DNA of 63,864 nucleotides, filler included. It is 8 parts of 8 records of this genome, joined end to end, with 100 filler letters (N's around TTAATTAATTAA, not from the genome) between each part and the next. Parts side by side here need not be neighbours in the genome. Positions count along the whole stretch, not along the records: positions 42,170 to 49,886 come from SRR31156797_42728; positions 49,987 to 58,650 come from SRR31156797_42729; 6 more parts are not named here. The stretch is one strand, 5' to 3'. The notes below the pieces were generated by a model, which saw only the letters and a program-made list of their open reading frames with translations, made no database searches and was not told where the DNA came from. Below are positions 48,594 through 58,750 of this stretch, one piece after another. Positions within the stretch are counted from its first letter, which is position 1, and the number at the start of each line of letters is the position of its first letter. Made by a program: the position numbers and the translations under genes.

Positions 48594-49796
48594 ATGGCGA
48601 GATTTCTTTTAGCCGGCATGATTGCCCTGATGGCGGCCCAGGTATTGGGCCTGCTCATTTGGAAACGACGCCTTTCCGGCCGCCCCAGGGCTAGAATATT
48701 ACTCTTTTCCGCCTTTGTGATCGCCAACCTCCCCTGGATATATTTTTTTAAAAACTTCGGCGCCGACCAGCTGCCTCCGGGCTGGGTTACATCTTTCGTC
48801 ATCCGGCCTTTTGTCACCTGGCAAAGCGGGACGATTCTGTGGCTCCTGGTCGGTTCAATCCTGACTGTTGCACTATTACTGGCCTACAGGCTGCCAAAAC
48901 GCATCTTCAGTCTTATCAAAAAAAAGCAAACTGACAATAATCCTTTGCCGGATAAGGAGCGCCGTAATTTCCTCATAGGCACGGCCAGAACAGCTGTCTG
49001 GACCGGCGTATTTGTATCAACCGGTTACGGACTGGCCCGCGCTTCCTGCCCGCCCCTGGTCAAGGAAATTGACCTGCTAGTCCCCGGACTCCCTAAAGAA
49101 TTGGAAGGCTTGAGAATAGCCCACCTGTCTGACCTGCACGTGGGGTTATGGACATCCATAGATGAAATCGCCGACAGCCTGGCATTGACCCGGGACCTGA
49201 AACCGGATCTGGTCGTGATGACCGGAGACCTGATCGACCACAAGCCGGAATACAGTCTTGAACTGGTCAAATTGACCCCATTGTTGGACAAGGTTCCTCT
49301 CGGTGTTTTCGGCGTCATCGGCAACCATGACGTCTATACCGGAGCTGATAAGGTTACGGCCTCATTGGAACAGGGCGGCATAAGAATGCTGCGCAACAGA
49401 TTCCAGGAATTGAAAAAAGAGGGCCTACCCCTGACTTTAATCGGCGTTGACGATCCGGGCCGTCGTTGGACCGGCTCCGGGGGAACTTTACCTTTGGATA
49501 AGGCTTCACAAGGAAGGCCTGAAAGCGATTTTCCAATATTGCTGGCCCATCGCCCCACCGCATTTGATCAGGCCCGTAAGGACAAACTGCCATTAACCCT
49601 GTGCGGCCATACCCATGGCGGACAATTCGCCCTGCCCGGCGGCCCCAACCTGGCTGACGCGGCTTACGAATACACCAGGGGCGTATATAGAAAAGAAGAC
49701 TGCCTGGTTCACGTTTCACCGGGCATCGGCTCTGTCGGCCTGCCATTCCGCCTCGGCGTCCCCGCCGAAATCACCATCCTACGCCTCAAATCCTGA
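48594..49796 (+). CDS. Membrane-anchored metallophosphoesterase (YkuE-like)
   Basis: DLH, GD, GNHD, H and GHTH motifs; N-terminal TM helices. Confidence 0.9.
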   Translation: MARFLLAGMIALMAAQVLGLLIWKRRLSGRPRARILLFSAFVIANLPWIYFFKNFGADQLPPGWVTSFVIRPFVTWQSGTILWLLVGSILTVALLLAYRLPKRIFSLIKKKQTDNNPLPDKERRNFLIGTARTAVWTGVFVSTGYGLARASCPPLVKEIDLLVPGLPKELEGLRIAHLSDLHVGLWTSIDEIADSLALTRDLKPDLVVMTGDLIDHKPEYSLELVKLTPLLDKVPLGVFGVIGNHDVYTGADKVTASLEQGGIRMLRNRFQELKKEGLPLTLIGVDDPGRRWTGSGGTLPLDKASQGRPESDFPILLAHRPTAFDQARKDKLPLTLCGHTHGGQFALPGGPNLADAAYEYTRGVYRKEDCLVHVSPGIGSVGLPFRLGVPAEITILRLKS

Positions 49797-49886
49797 AATC
49801 CTACTATTGTGTCTCAGAAGTTCACTGGAATTATAAAGGTCTTAAATCTGTCATTGCGAGTAGCTGAGCTACATCTACAGTGTAGC

Positions 49887-49986
49887 NNNNNNNNNNNNNN
49901 NNNNNNNNNNNNNNNNNNNNNNNNNNNNNNTTAATTAATTAANNNNNNNNNNNNNNNNNNNNNNNNNNNNNNNNNNNNNNNNNNNN
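49887..49986. other. Artificial contig spacer
   Basis: N-run with TTAATTAATTAA. Confidence 0.99.
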
Positions 49987-50946
49987 GGCCCCTCGGGCTG
50001 CGGCAAGACGACCCTGCTCAACATTGTTTCCGGCTTGCTGGTCCCCAGCAGGGGCAAGGTCCTCTACGATGGGAAAGACGTTACGGCATTGCCCCCTGAA
50101 AAACGTAACATCGCCCAGGTCTTTCAGTTTCCGGTGCTCTACGACACCATGACGGTTTTCAACAATCTCGCATTTCCCTTGCGGAATCGAGGAATCCATG
50201 AAAACGCGGTAAAAAAACGTGTTATGGAAGTCGCCGAAATCCTGGATCTTACCCCTTTCCTCAACAGGCGGGCAGCGGGATTGGCAGCCGATGCCAAACA
50301 GAAAATCTCCCTGGGCCGTGGGCTGGTCAGAAGCGATGTGGCGGCCATCCTTTTCGATGAGCCGCTGACGGTCATCGATCCCCAGATGAAATGGCACCTG
50401 CGGCGAAAGCTCAAAGAGATCCACGAGGAATTGAAGCTGACCTTCATTTATGTGACCCATGACCAAGTGGAAGCGTTAACATTTGCCGATCAGGTGGCTG
50501 TGATGTTCGAAGGGGAAATGGTACAGATCGGTTCTCCCCAGGACCTTTTTGAAAATCCGGAACACAAATTCGTGGGTTACTTCATCGGAAGCCCCGGAAT
50601 GAACTTCCTGGAATGTACCATTGCAGGAAACAAAGCAAGGGTTAACGGCATCGGCATTGAACTGGACGGGGAAACGGCGGCAAAGGGCAATAATGCCCGG
50701 GGCAAACTGGAACTCGGCATTCGGCCCATGTATCTGGAGGTGCATGGGGAATCCGGCGAGCACAGGGTAAAAGCCGCGGTCAAGGGCGTTGAAGATCTGG
50801 GAAGCTACAGGATTGTGACCCTGGGACTGGCGGGTCAAACCTTGAAAGCTCGATTGCCTGAAAGCAAACCGCTTCCCGGGGAAGGGGTTTGGCTTGCCTT
50901 CCCGCCGAAATGGACCAAGCTGTTTGAAAACGAACGGCTGATTTAA
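49987..50946 (+). CDS. Carbohydrate ABC ATP-binding protein, glycerol-transporter type (5' truncated)
   Basis: GPSGCGKT, degenerate signature LAADAKQK and DEPLTVIDP. Confidence 0.88.
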   Translation, partial: GPSGCGKTTLLNIVSGLLVPSRGKVLYDGKDVTALPPEKRNIAQVFQFPVLYDTMTVFNNLAFPLRNRGIHENAVKKRVMEVAEILDLTPFLNRRAAGLAADAKQKISLGRGLVRSDVAAILFDEPLTVIDPQMKWHLRRKLKEIHEELKLTFIYVTHDQVEALTFADQVAVMFEGEMVQIGSPQDLFENPEHKFVGYFIGSPGMNFLECTIAGNKARVNGIGIELDGETAAKGNNARGKLELGIRPMYLEVHGESGEHRVKAAVKGVEDLGSYRIVTLGLAGQTLKARLPESKPLPGEGVWLAFPPKWTKLFENERLI

Positions 50947-50967
50947 TGAGTTGAGGGGGTAACCCGA

Positions 50968-51843
50968 ATGGAAAAATGGCCGAATAACAGGGCTTGGCTG
51001 CTGGTGCTACCGGTTTTTGTCATCGTCGCCTTCAGCGCCATCATTCCCTTGATGACCGTGATCAATTATTCGGTCCAGGATATTTTTGGGCCGGGGCAAA
51101 GTGTTTTTGTGGGCACCGAATGGTTCCGGGAAATGCTGGCCGACAAACGCCTTCATGACGCCCTGTGGCGCCAGTTCTTGTTTTCAGGGCTTGTATTGTT
51201 GATTGAAATGCCCCTGGGCATCCTCATCGCTCTGGCCATGCCGAAAAAAGGCTGGGGAGTTCCCTTCTGTCTGGTGACCATCGCATTGCCGCTCTTGATC
51301 CCGTGGAATACCATCGGGACCATCTGGATGATCTTTACCCGTCCGGATATCGGTCTGTTCGGCGCCGGAATGAACAACCTGATCGGCATCCCCTTTGATC
51401 ATACGGATAATTGGCTCGATGCCTGGATCACCGTCATGTTGATGGAGGTCTGGCACTGGACCCCGCTGGTGACGCTTTTGGCCTATGCGGGGCTACGTGC
51501 CATTCCCGAGGCCTACTACCAGGCAGCGCGAATTGACGGGGCCTCGGCCTGGTCCACCTTCCTTTACATCCAGTTGCCCAAAATGCGCGGCGTACTCACC
51601 ATCGCCTTTCTGCTCCGTTTCATGGACAGCTTCCTCATCTACGCCGAACCCTTTGTACTCACAGGGGGCGGCCCGGGCAATTCCACCACGTTCCTTTCCA
51701 TCTATCTGGTCAAAATCGCCCTTCTGCAATTCGACCTGGGACCGGGCGGGGCCTTTTCGCTTATCTATTTTGTTATCGTTCTGCTGTTCAGCTTTATCTT
51801 CTACCAAGCCCTTCAGCGGGTCGGAAAAGGAGAAAAGGTATGA
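50968..51843 (+). CDS. Carbohydrate ABC permease (glycerol-type)
   Basis: VWHWTP and YQAARIDGA EAA loop. Confidence 0.9.
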   Translation: MEKWPNNRAWLLVLPVFVIVAFSAIIPLMTVINYSVQDIFGPGQSVFVGTEWFREMLADKRLHDALWRQFLFSGLVLLIEMPLGILIALAMPKKGWGVPFCLVTIALPLLIPWNTIGTIWMIFTRPDIGLFGAGMNNLIGIPFDHTDNWLDAWITVMLMEVWHWTPLVTLLAYAGLRAIPEAYYQAARIDGASAWSTFLYIQLPKMRGVLTIAFLLRFMDSFLIYAEPFVLTGGGPGNSTTFLSIYLVKIALLQFDLGPGGAFSLIYFVIVLLFSFIFYQALQRVGKGEKV

Positions 51844-52643
51844 AAGGAAAGAAAAAAGTCGTAGGCCTTGTCATCTACTTTCTCCTGTTGCTCATGCCCA
51901 TCTACTGGATGCTCAACATGAGCCTCAGATCCAACGCCGACATCCTGGCATCCTTTGCTCTGTATCCCAAAGACCTCACATTCATGAATTACATGAAGAT
52001 CTTTACGGATTCATCCTGGTACATGGGATATGTCAATTCCATGATCTACGTGGCCATGAATACGGTCATATCGTTGTTCGTGGCCCTTCCCGCGGCCTAC
52101 GCCTTTTCACGCTACCGGTTCGTGGGCGACAAACAGATGTTTTTCTGGTTGCTTACCAACCGTATGGCGCCGGCGGCTGTTTTTGCGCTCCCCTTTTTCC
52201 AGCTCTATTCCACAATCGGTCTCTTGGATACCCATTTTGCGGTGGCGCTGGCCCACTGCCTGTTCAATGTGCCGCTGGCGGTGTGGATACTGGAGGGCTT
52301 CATGTCCGGGGTCCCCCGGGAGATTGATGAGACCGCCTTTATCGACGGGTATAGCTTTCCCCGCTTCTTTATCACCATCTTTATCCCGTTAATCAGGTCC
52401 GGGGTCGGCGTTACCGCCTTCTTCTGTTTCATGTTCAGCTGGGTGGAGCTGCTGCTGGCCCGGACATTGACGGTGACCGAGGCAAAACCGATCTCGGCAA
52501 TCATGACGCGGACCATCAGCGCCACCGGTCTCGATTTCGGTCTCTTGGCCGCTGCCGGTATTCTGACCATTGTTCCGGGCGCCATGGTGATCTGGTTTGT
52601 ACGCAATCATATGGCCAAGGGTTTCGCCATGGGCCGGGTATAA
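51840..52643 (+). CDS. Carbohydrate ABC permease (glycerol-type)
   Basis: EIDETAFIDG and FSWVELL motifs. Confidence 0.9.
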   Translation: MKGKKKVVGLVIYFLLLLMPIYWMLNMSLRSNADILASFALYPKDLTFMNYMKIFTDSSWYMGYVNSMIYVAMNTVISLFVALPAAYAFSRYRFVGDKQMFFWLLTNRMAPAAVFALPFFQLYSTIGLLDTHFAVALAHCLFNVPLAVWILEGFMSGVPREIDETAFIDGYSFPRFFITIFIPLIRSGVGVTAFFCFMFSWVELLLARTLTVTEAKPISAIMTRTISATGLDFGLLAAAGILTIVPGAMVIWFVRNHMAKGFAMGRV

Positions 52644-52655
52644 GGGAGGACAACC

Positions 52656-52940
52656 ATGAAGCTTACGCTGGAGTGGATGGAATGGACCGTGCCCACGGGC
52701 ATTCTCTGCGGCGCCATTATTCTCACGGTAATCGCCATGACCATATGGCAAACCGTATCTCCTTCCTTGGAACGTCGCGGTTTCCTACCCATCCCCACTA
52801 CGCCCGGAGATCGCCTTTTCATCGGCATTTTGAGCAGTGTTTACATCTTTTTTGCTTGGATCGGATTGACCCAGTTTGCCCTCTGGATACTGCTGATGGT
52901 TGTGGTGTGTTGGATTGTTGTCGTGATGATTTGGGGATAG
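52656..52940 (+). CDS. DUF2160 small membrane protein
   Basis: WM.WT, R.GFL...T..GDRLFI motifs; position between permease and SBP. Confidence 0.82.
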   Translation: MKLTLEWMEWTVPTGILCGAIILTVIAMTIWQTVSPSLERRGFLPIPTTPGDRLFIGILSSVYIFFAWIGLTQFALWILLMVVVCWIVVVMIWG

Positions 52941-53117
52941 GAATCACATTCAAAAACGCGGACCGGAAGGAGGTGGTGCGACATCAAAGAGATGGGGCTG
53001 ATCCGATAAAGCCTCTGGTTTGTCCTGCTTGTTTTCCTGACCTGAATGGCTCAATGGAGAACGCAAATGGGCGGGGCCCGTGAGATGAACCCAATCGATT
53101 TGAAAGGAGCAACGGCA

Positions 53118-54845
53118 ATGAACAAGAAAAGAACCCTTTTTTGCATAATTTCAGCCCTGGCACTTATTTTTCTCAGCGTTCCCTGCTGGTCTTCGCCGCA
53201 GATGGACGCTGCCAAGAAATGGGTCGACAAAGAGTTTCAGCCCTCCACCCTGACCAAAGATCAACAGATGAAGGAAATGGAATGGTTTATCAAGGCTTCA
53301 GCCCCCTTTAAGGGGATGAATATCAAGGTCGTCTCCGAGACCATTCCGACCCACGAATATGAGGCAAAGGTTCTCACCAAAGCGTTTGAAGAAATTACCG
53401 GCATCAAGGTCTCCTTTGATTTGATTCAGGAAGGGGATGTGGTCGAAAAGCTCCAGACCCAGTGGGCTTCCGGTAAAAACATCTATGACGGCTGGGTGAA
53501 TGATTCCGACCTCATCGGCACCCACATGCGTTACGGCTTTGTCGTACCCTTGAGCGATTTCATGGCCGGCGAGGGAAAAGACGTGACCCTGCCGACCCTG
53601 GACATCGACGATTTCATGGGGAAATCCTTCACCACCGGTCCGGACGGAAAACTCTATCAGCTTCCCGACCAGCAGTTCGCCAACCTCTATTGGTTCCGTT
53701 ACGACTGGTTCAAACGTCCGGACTTCAAAAAGAAATTCAAGGAGATTTATGGCTACGAGCTGGGCGTTCCCGTCAATTGGTCCGCTTACGAGGATATCGC
53801 CCAGTTTTTCACCGAAGTTGTCAAGGAAATCGATGGAAAGGCCGTTTACGGTCACAACGACTACGGCAAAAGGGCCCCGGATCTGGGCTGGCGTTTTACG
53901 GACGCCTGGCTTTCCATGGCCGGTGTCGGCAGCAAAGGCCTCCCCAACGGCAAGCCGGTGGACGAATGGGGCATCCGCGTTGAGGGTTGCACCCCCGTGG
54001 GATCCAGCGTTTGCCGCGGCGGCGCCGCCAACAGCCCGGGCGCCAAGTACGCACTCCGCAAATACATGGAGTGGCTGCGCAAATACGCGCCTCCCGGTTG
54101 CCTGGGATTGGATTTCTACACCTACCTGCCGATCCTGGCCAAGGGGAATGTGGCCCAGCAGATCTTCTGGTACACGGCTTTCGTGTCGGACATGGTCAAA
54201 CCGGGCCCCACGGTCAACGCCGACGGAACCCCCAAATGGCGCATGGCCCCATCCCCCCACGGCCCCTACTGGGAAGAGGGGATGAAGCTGGGCTATCAGG
54301 ACTGCGGATCCTGGACCTTCATGAAGAGCACGCCCCTGGATCGCCGCAAGGCCGCATGGCTCTTCGCCCAGTTCTGCGTGGCCAAGACCACCTCCCTCAA
54401 GAAGGCCTTGGTGGGGTTGACGCCCATCCGTGACAGCGACATCAGGAGCCAGGCCTTCACCGACAGGGCGCCGAAATTGGGCGGACTGGTGGAGTTCTAC
54501 CGCAGCCCGGCCAGGGTCGCCTGGACCCCCACCGGCACCAACGTGCCCGATTACCCCAAACTGGCCCAGCTGTGGTGGCAGAATGTGGGGGAAGCGGTTT
54601 CCGGTGAGGTGACCGTGGACAGGGCCATGGACAACCTGGCCCGCGAGCAGGATAAAGTCATGAAGCGCATCGAACGCGCAGGGGCGCAGAAAGAATGCGG
54701 TCCCAAGCTGAACGAATGCATAGATCCCAATGTCTGGCTGAACAAGCCCGGATCACCCAAGGCGAAGGTTAATGAGAAGCCCAAAGGGATAACGGTTGAT
54801 TACGACCAGCTCATTCAGGCCTGGCGGGAAGGGCGTGTGAAGTAA
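53118..54845 (+). CDS. ABC substrate-binding protein, glycerol-type (GlpV-like)
   Basis: EFQPSTL, QLPDQQFANLYWFR, GYQD.GSWT and PTGTNVPDYPKLAQLWW motifs; AAGGAG RBS. Confidence 0.88.
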   Translation: MNKKRTLFCIISALALIFLSVPCWSSPQMDAAKKWVDKEFQPSTLTKDQQMKEMEWFIKASAPFKGMNIKVVSETIPTHEYEAKVLTKAFEEITGIKVSFDLIQEGDVVEKLQTQWASGKNIYDGWVNDSDLIGTHMRYGFVVPLSDFMAGEGKDVTLPTLDIDDFMGKSFTTGPDGKLYQLPDQQFANLYWFRYDWFKRPDFKKKFKEIYGYELGVPVNWSAYEDIAQFFTEVVKEIDGKAVYGHNDYGKRAPDLGWRFTDAWLSMAGVGSKGLPNGKPVDEWGIRVEGCTPVGSSVCRGGAANSPGAKYALRKYMEWLRKYAPPGCLGLDFYTYLPILAKGNVAQQIFWYTAFVSDMVKPGPTVNADGTPKWRMAPSPHGPYWEEGMKLGYQDCGSWTFMKSTPLDRRKAAWLFAQFCVAKTTSLKKALVGLTPIRDSDIRSQAFTDRAPKLGGLVEFYRSPARVAWTPTGTNVPDYPKLAQLWWQNVGEAVSGEVTVDRAMDNLAREQDKVMKRIERAGAQKECGPKLNECIDPNVWLNKPGSPKAKVNEKPKGITVDYDQLIQAWREGRVK

Positions 54846-54946
54846 AAAAAATGTGAACTTGTTTTTTGGGGCCGCCCCCGTTGAATATACTTTTGGGGCC
54901 GCCCCATTTTTTTGCGGGCCTTGATCATCGTTCCGGCCATTTGCCG

Positions 54947-54992
54947 CCCGGGGTTGAAACCCCAGGCTATTACCTACCGTCCCTACGGGACT
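54947..54992. repeat. REP-like double hairpin
   Basis: CCCGGGGTTGAAACCCCAGG followed by GTCCCTACGGGAC, in a convergent intergenic region. Confidence 0.5.
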
Positions 54993-55036
54993 ATAATTGC
55001 CGGGTGGCCGGAACGATGATCAAGGCCTTTTTGCGC

Positions 55037-56092
55037 CTATCGTCTCCCCGAATAGAACACCTTGATTTTCGTGAGGGTTTCCAAATATGTTTCTTTATAC
55101 ACCAGATCCGGATAATTACCCATTTCTTCCATGAGCGGTTTGATGTACGGCATAACGTTAATGCCGTAGTTATTTTTGCCCGCTTTATCCGCCTGATAAA
55201 TCATCAGAATCGAATAATAGGAGGCCAGAAGCCGCACCTTCAATCCCCGCCGGAACATATACGCCCTGCCACCGGTGGTATTGAGGAAAAAACCCGCATA
55301 GCGATAGAGCACATCAAAAGAAGGCCTCACGTCTCCGGGGTTTGGGCATCCCTCGCCCAACATGGCCCATTGGTAAAACATGCCCATATTATCTTCCAGC
55401 GTATCCCGGTCGTTGGTAATCACCTGTTTGATCAGACGCAGATCCTTTTTATCCAGTGCACGACAGAAAAAATATATGTTTTTAACCATAATGGCGGGAT
55501 CAACCCCTTCACCGGCGGGAATGGGCGGCTTGGCCGCCAGTCGTTCCATGATCTGCTTGAAACGGGCATCGGTGGTCTCTCCCAGTTCCAATCGTTGAAT
55601 ATATTTTTTCGTATCCAGATACTGAAAAAAATCCTTCACATGCCGGTTAATGAGGTCGCAATAACGTGTCCGACGGGCGTCTTCACCCTTTATTTCAGGG
55701 TCTTTCTCCTGGGGTGAACTTTTCATGAAAGGCTTTTTATCACGGGATTTAAACTGGTACTCCACCATTTCCCCGGTGGATGGCGGTTTTAGAAAAGTCT
55801 CCTTTTCACTGATACCGCCATCCGGTGTCCGGTCAGCCTGCACATCCCCGCCTTTTAAGGGTTTGTCGGCAGTATCCGGGGCAAGACCCCGTTGACCGGA
55901 AGTATCTTTGGCAAGACCGTCTTTTTCCCTTTCAACCCGTGCGCTTTCTTCGGATACGGACACCTCCACAGTCACCAACTCTTCTCCGGTTTCAGGCTGC
56001 GCATACTTATACCAACCATAACCCCCGGCTGCCAGGGCACCTATCCCCATCAGGACCCACAACCAGACAAGACCTCCTTTTTTTCCGCCCAT
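55037..56092 (-). CDS. Membrane-anchored hypothetical protein
   Basis: N-terminal TM, acidic linker and helical C-terminal domain; AGAGGAG RBS. Confidence 0.7.
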   Translation of the reverse strand: MGGKKGGLVWLWVLMGIGALAAGGYGWYKYAQPETGEELVTVEVSVSEESARVEREKDGLAKDTSGQRGLAPDTADKPLKGGDVQADRTPDGGISEKETFLKPPSTGEMVEYQFKSRDKKPFMKSSPQEKDPEIKGEDARRTRYCDLINRHVKDFFQYLDTKKYIQRLELGETTDARFKQIMERLAAKPPIPAGEGVDPAIMVKNIYFFCRALDKKDLRLIKQVITNDRDTLEDNMGMFYQWAMLGEGCPNPGDVRPSFDVLYRYAGFFLNTTGGRAYMFRRGLKVRLLASYYSILMIYQADKAGKNNYGINVMPYIKPLMEEMGNYPDLVYKETYLETLTKIKVFYSGRR

Positions 56093-56323
56093 GCTAGTCT
56101 CCTCTATGTTGATTCATTGCGGTTCGGCCTTTACTCAAGCGGCATCTTTTCATATCGTTCACGACCTTCAATATAAAGGTGCGTTTCCAGATGAAAGACC
56201 TTGTCCATCATTTCCTCCTAGGGAATTGTTTTGAAACGGAAATATACAAAAAACGCGGAAGATAATCAATAATGAAAGTCGGAAGTGCTGTTTACCCGGA
56301 AAGGGAAAAACCGCGAACGGATA

Positions 56324-56722
56324 TTATTTCTGGAGCAACCCTTTAAGTTTATCGAACGGGTTATGGGTGAATGCGTCATCTTTTTTATCGTCGACCTCGG
56401 CATCGGCCCCTTCCAGATAATCCAGATGACGGCGATGTTCGTTGTCATGACAGTAGATACAGAGGTTTTCCCAGTTGCTCCCGTCGGGGGGGTTGTTTTC
56501 GTGGTCGTGGTCCTTATGGTGAACCGTCAATTCATGTACATTCCGGTTCGTGAACTCTCTGGCGCAACGGGCGCACACCCAAGGGTGAATCTTGAGAGAC
56601 TGTTCGCGGTACCCTTTATGTTTCCCGGCCTGATTCTGACGGGAACGGTTCAGAAAGGCCTCCACCTCCTCAGCTTTGCTCTTTTTTTTCTGCCCTTTAT
56701 CGGGCGCGAAGTTACGTCCCAT
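56324..56722 (-). CDS. yajD: YajD-family HNH protein
   Basis: YREQSLKI.PWVC.RC, LTVHHKDH.H.NNP.DGSNWE.LC.YCHDNEH and THNPF motifs. Confidence 0.88.
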   Translation of the reverse strand: MGRNFAPDKGQKKKSKAEEVEAFLNRSRQNQAGKHKGYREQSLKIHPWVCARCAREFTNRNVHELTVHHKDHDHENNPPDGSNWENLCIYCHDNEHRRHLDYLEGADAEVDDKKDDAFTHNPFDKLKGLLQK

Positions 56723-56757
56723 GGATTTTTCCTCACGCTTTCGCTGAAATAAAAAAA

Positions 56758-57363
56758 TCAGATATTAACCACCTTGTCGGCCAATTGCATGGCTGTTACG
56801 ATGTCTAACATATTTGTGGTCTCTCCCACCATCTTTTTTTCGAGGAGATTAAAATGGGTAAGGCAGGTACCGCAAACCAGGATATAAATCCCCCTCTCCT
56901 CCAGTTCTTTCAGCACCGGCAGGACTTCCGAATCAGAAATGGTCATTTTTACACCGTTGTTGACAAAAACCAACCGCCACAGCTCATCTCCCATCTCCTT
57001 CAGTGTGTTCAGAAAACTGACCATGAGTTTCAAGCCCAGTTCATCATCCCCGAGGCCCATTCGATCGGTTCCCACCATGACCATGATTTTCCGCTTCACC
57101 TCTTCCGATTCGGCGGTTTCAACGGGTGCGGGTTTTAAACCGGTCTCTTCTCCCCCATAACCCATCACATGGAAATCACTCCCTTCTTTGCTATCAGACA
57201 CCGCAAAACCCTGATATTCCAGAAACCGGGCGACATTCTGTTTTGCCGCTTCATTGTCCACCATAACACACAGTTTTTCAGGTTGTTCCCGCTCAATTAA
57301 TTCCTTGGTTTTCAGTACCGGCGCGGGACAAGCCAAACCGCGGCAATCGATTTTTGTGCTCAT
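56758..57363 (-). CDS. yedF: Selenium metabolism protein YedF (TusA plus DsrE-like domains)
   Basis: IDCRGLACPAPV, G.GDDELG..L, CGTCL and TNM.DI motifs; next to selD. Confidence 0.9.
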   Translation of the reverse strand: MSTKIDCRGLACPAPVLKTKELIEREQPEKLCVMVDNEAAKQNVARFLEYQGFAVSDSKEGSDFHVMGYGGEETGLKPAPVETAESEEVKRKIMVMVGTDRMGLGDDELGLKLMVSFLNTLKEMGDELWRLVFVNNGVKMTISDSEVLPVLKELEERGIYILVCGTCLTHFNLLEKKMVGETTNMLDIVTAMQLADKVVNI

Positions 57364-57422
57364 TTGATTCTCCTTTTGAAAGGGAGGCACGAGTGCCCGC
57401 CCCTGCTCTCCGCCTTCATCCC

Positions 57423-58472
57423 CTATTGGACAAATATCTTTTCCACGGACATGTTTATGACGTCCCCGATGATCACCGCCTCCGGAACGCCGCCATTTTT
57501 CAACATTCGAACCAGTGATTCGGAAACGTCTCCGGGAACGCAGATCAGAAGCCCCCCGGACGTCTGGGGGTCAAACAGAATATCCCGGGCAAATCGATCA
57601 ACCGACGGTGCAAATTCCACCATACCCTCGCGGAATTCCCGGTTCCGATAAGCCCCCGCCGGAATAAACCCCATTTGAGCATATTCCTTTGCTTCCGGTA
57701 TCATGGGAATCTTATCTCCCGGAAGGCGAATGCTGCACCCGGAACCGATGACCATCTCCGCCAGGTGCCCCAAAAGGCCGAACCCGGTGATATCGGTGCA
57801 GGCATGGACCGGAAAATGGCTCATGATCTCGGCCGGCTTCCGGTTCAGGGCAGCCATGAGATTCGTGATCCGCTCAACCACTTCCGGCGATGCAAGGCCC
57901 CCTTTGATGGCCGTATTGACGATCCCGGTTCCCAGGGGTTTGGTCAAAATCAGTTTATCCCCCGCCTTAAGATTTTGCTTGGTGAGAACACGGTCCGGAT
58001 GAATGAAACCGGTGACGCTCAATCCGTATTTCAGTTCCGGGTCTTCCACGCTGTGGCCGCCCACCAGGACCACCCCGGCCTCCTTGAGCTTGTCCACCCC
58101 ACCCTGAAGAATATCCCGAAGGATTGAAATATCCATTTTATCCAATGGAAACCCAACCAGATTCATGGCGGTCTTGGGAACGCCCCCCATGGCGTACACA
58201 TCGCTTAAGGCGTTGGCCGCCGCAATCTGCCCGAACCAATAGGGATCATCCACGATGGGGGTGAAAAAATCGACGGTCTGGATCAGTGCCAGATCATCAT
58301 TTACACGGTAAACACCCGCGTCGTCGGCCCGGTCGAGGCCTACGATCACATTTTCATCCGTTGGAAATACCATTCCACAAAGTGCCCGATCCAGGTCCCC
58401 CGGCGGCAGTTTGGAAGCTCAGCCGGAACCTTTCACGGTTTCCGTAAGACGAATTTCTTTTTTCCCGGTCAT
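57423..58472 (-). CDS. selD: Selenide, water dikinase (selenoprotein; in-frame UGA18 read as Sec)
   Basis: Frame extends upstream through TGA at 58419-58421 to MTGKKEIRLTETVKGSG-U-ASKL. DDAGV, TVDFFTP, DITGFGLLGH and DPQTSGGLL motifs. Confidence 0.93.
58382..58412 (-). promoter_or_regulatory. Putative bacterial SECIS hairpin
   Basis: Just 3' of the UGA: UGCCG-CCGGG-GGA-CCUGG-AU-CGGGCA can form a stem with a G-rich apical loop. Confidence 0.6.
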
Positions 58473-58650
58473 TTTTTTCTCCCTGGAATTTGGTCCACAG
58501 GAATTGACGATTTCATAACTTAACCTCCCCATGCGTTCTTTTCAATCTGGAATTTCCGATAGTAAAACCGAATGCAAAAGGGATTGACGATGCAAAAAAA
58601 TGTGGATCATCGCGGATTATCGTGAATTTGTCATGTTTGGTATATATCCC

Positions 58651-58750
58651 NNNNNNNNNNNNNNNNNNNNNNNNNNNNNNNNNNNNNNNNNNNNTTAATT
58701 AATTAANNNNNNNNNNNNNNNNNNNNNNNNNNNNNNNNNNNNNNNNNNNN
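58651..58750. other. Artificial contig spacer
   Basis: N-run with TTAATTAATTAA. Confidence 0.99.

Noticed and set aside
56324-56722. HNH protein as a defence or homing nuclease
   Set aside because: It matches the conserved housekeeping-like YajD pattern and has no mobile context.
5701-58750. Recurring TTAATTAATTAA within N-runs and apparent gene neighbourhoods across them
   Set aside because: These are artificial contig linkers. Composition and gene content change at each one, so cross-spacer linkage is meaningless.
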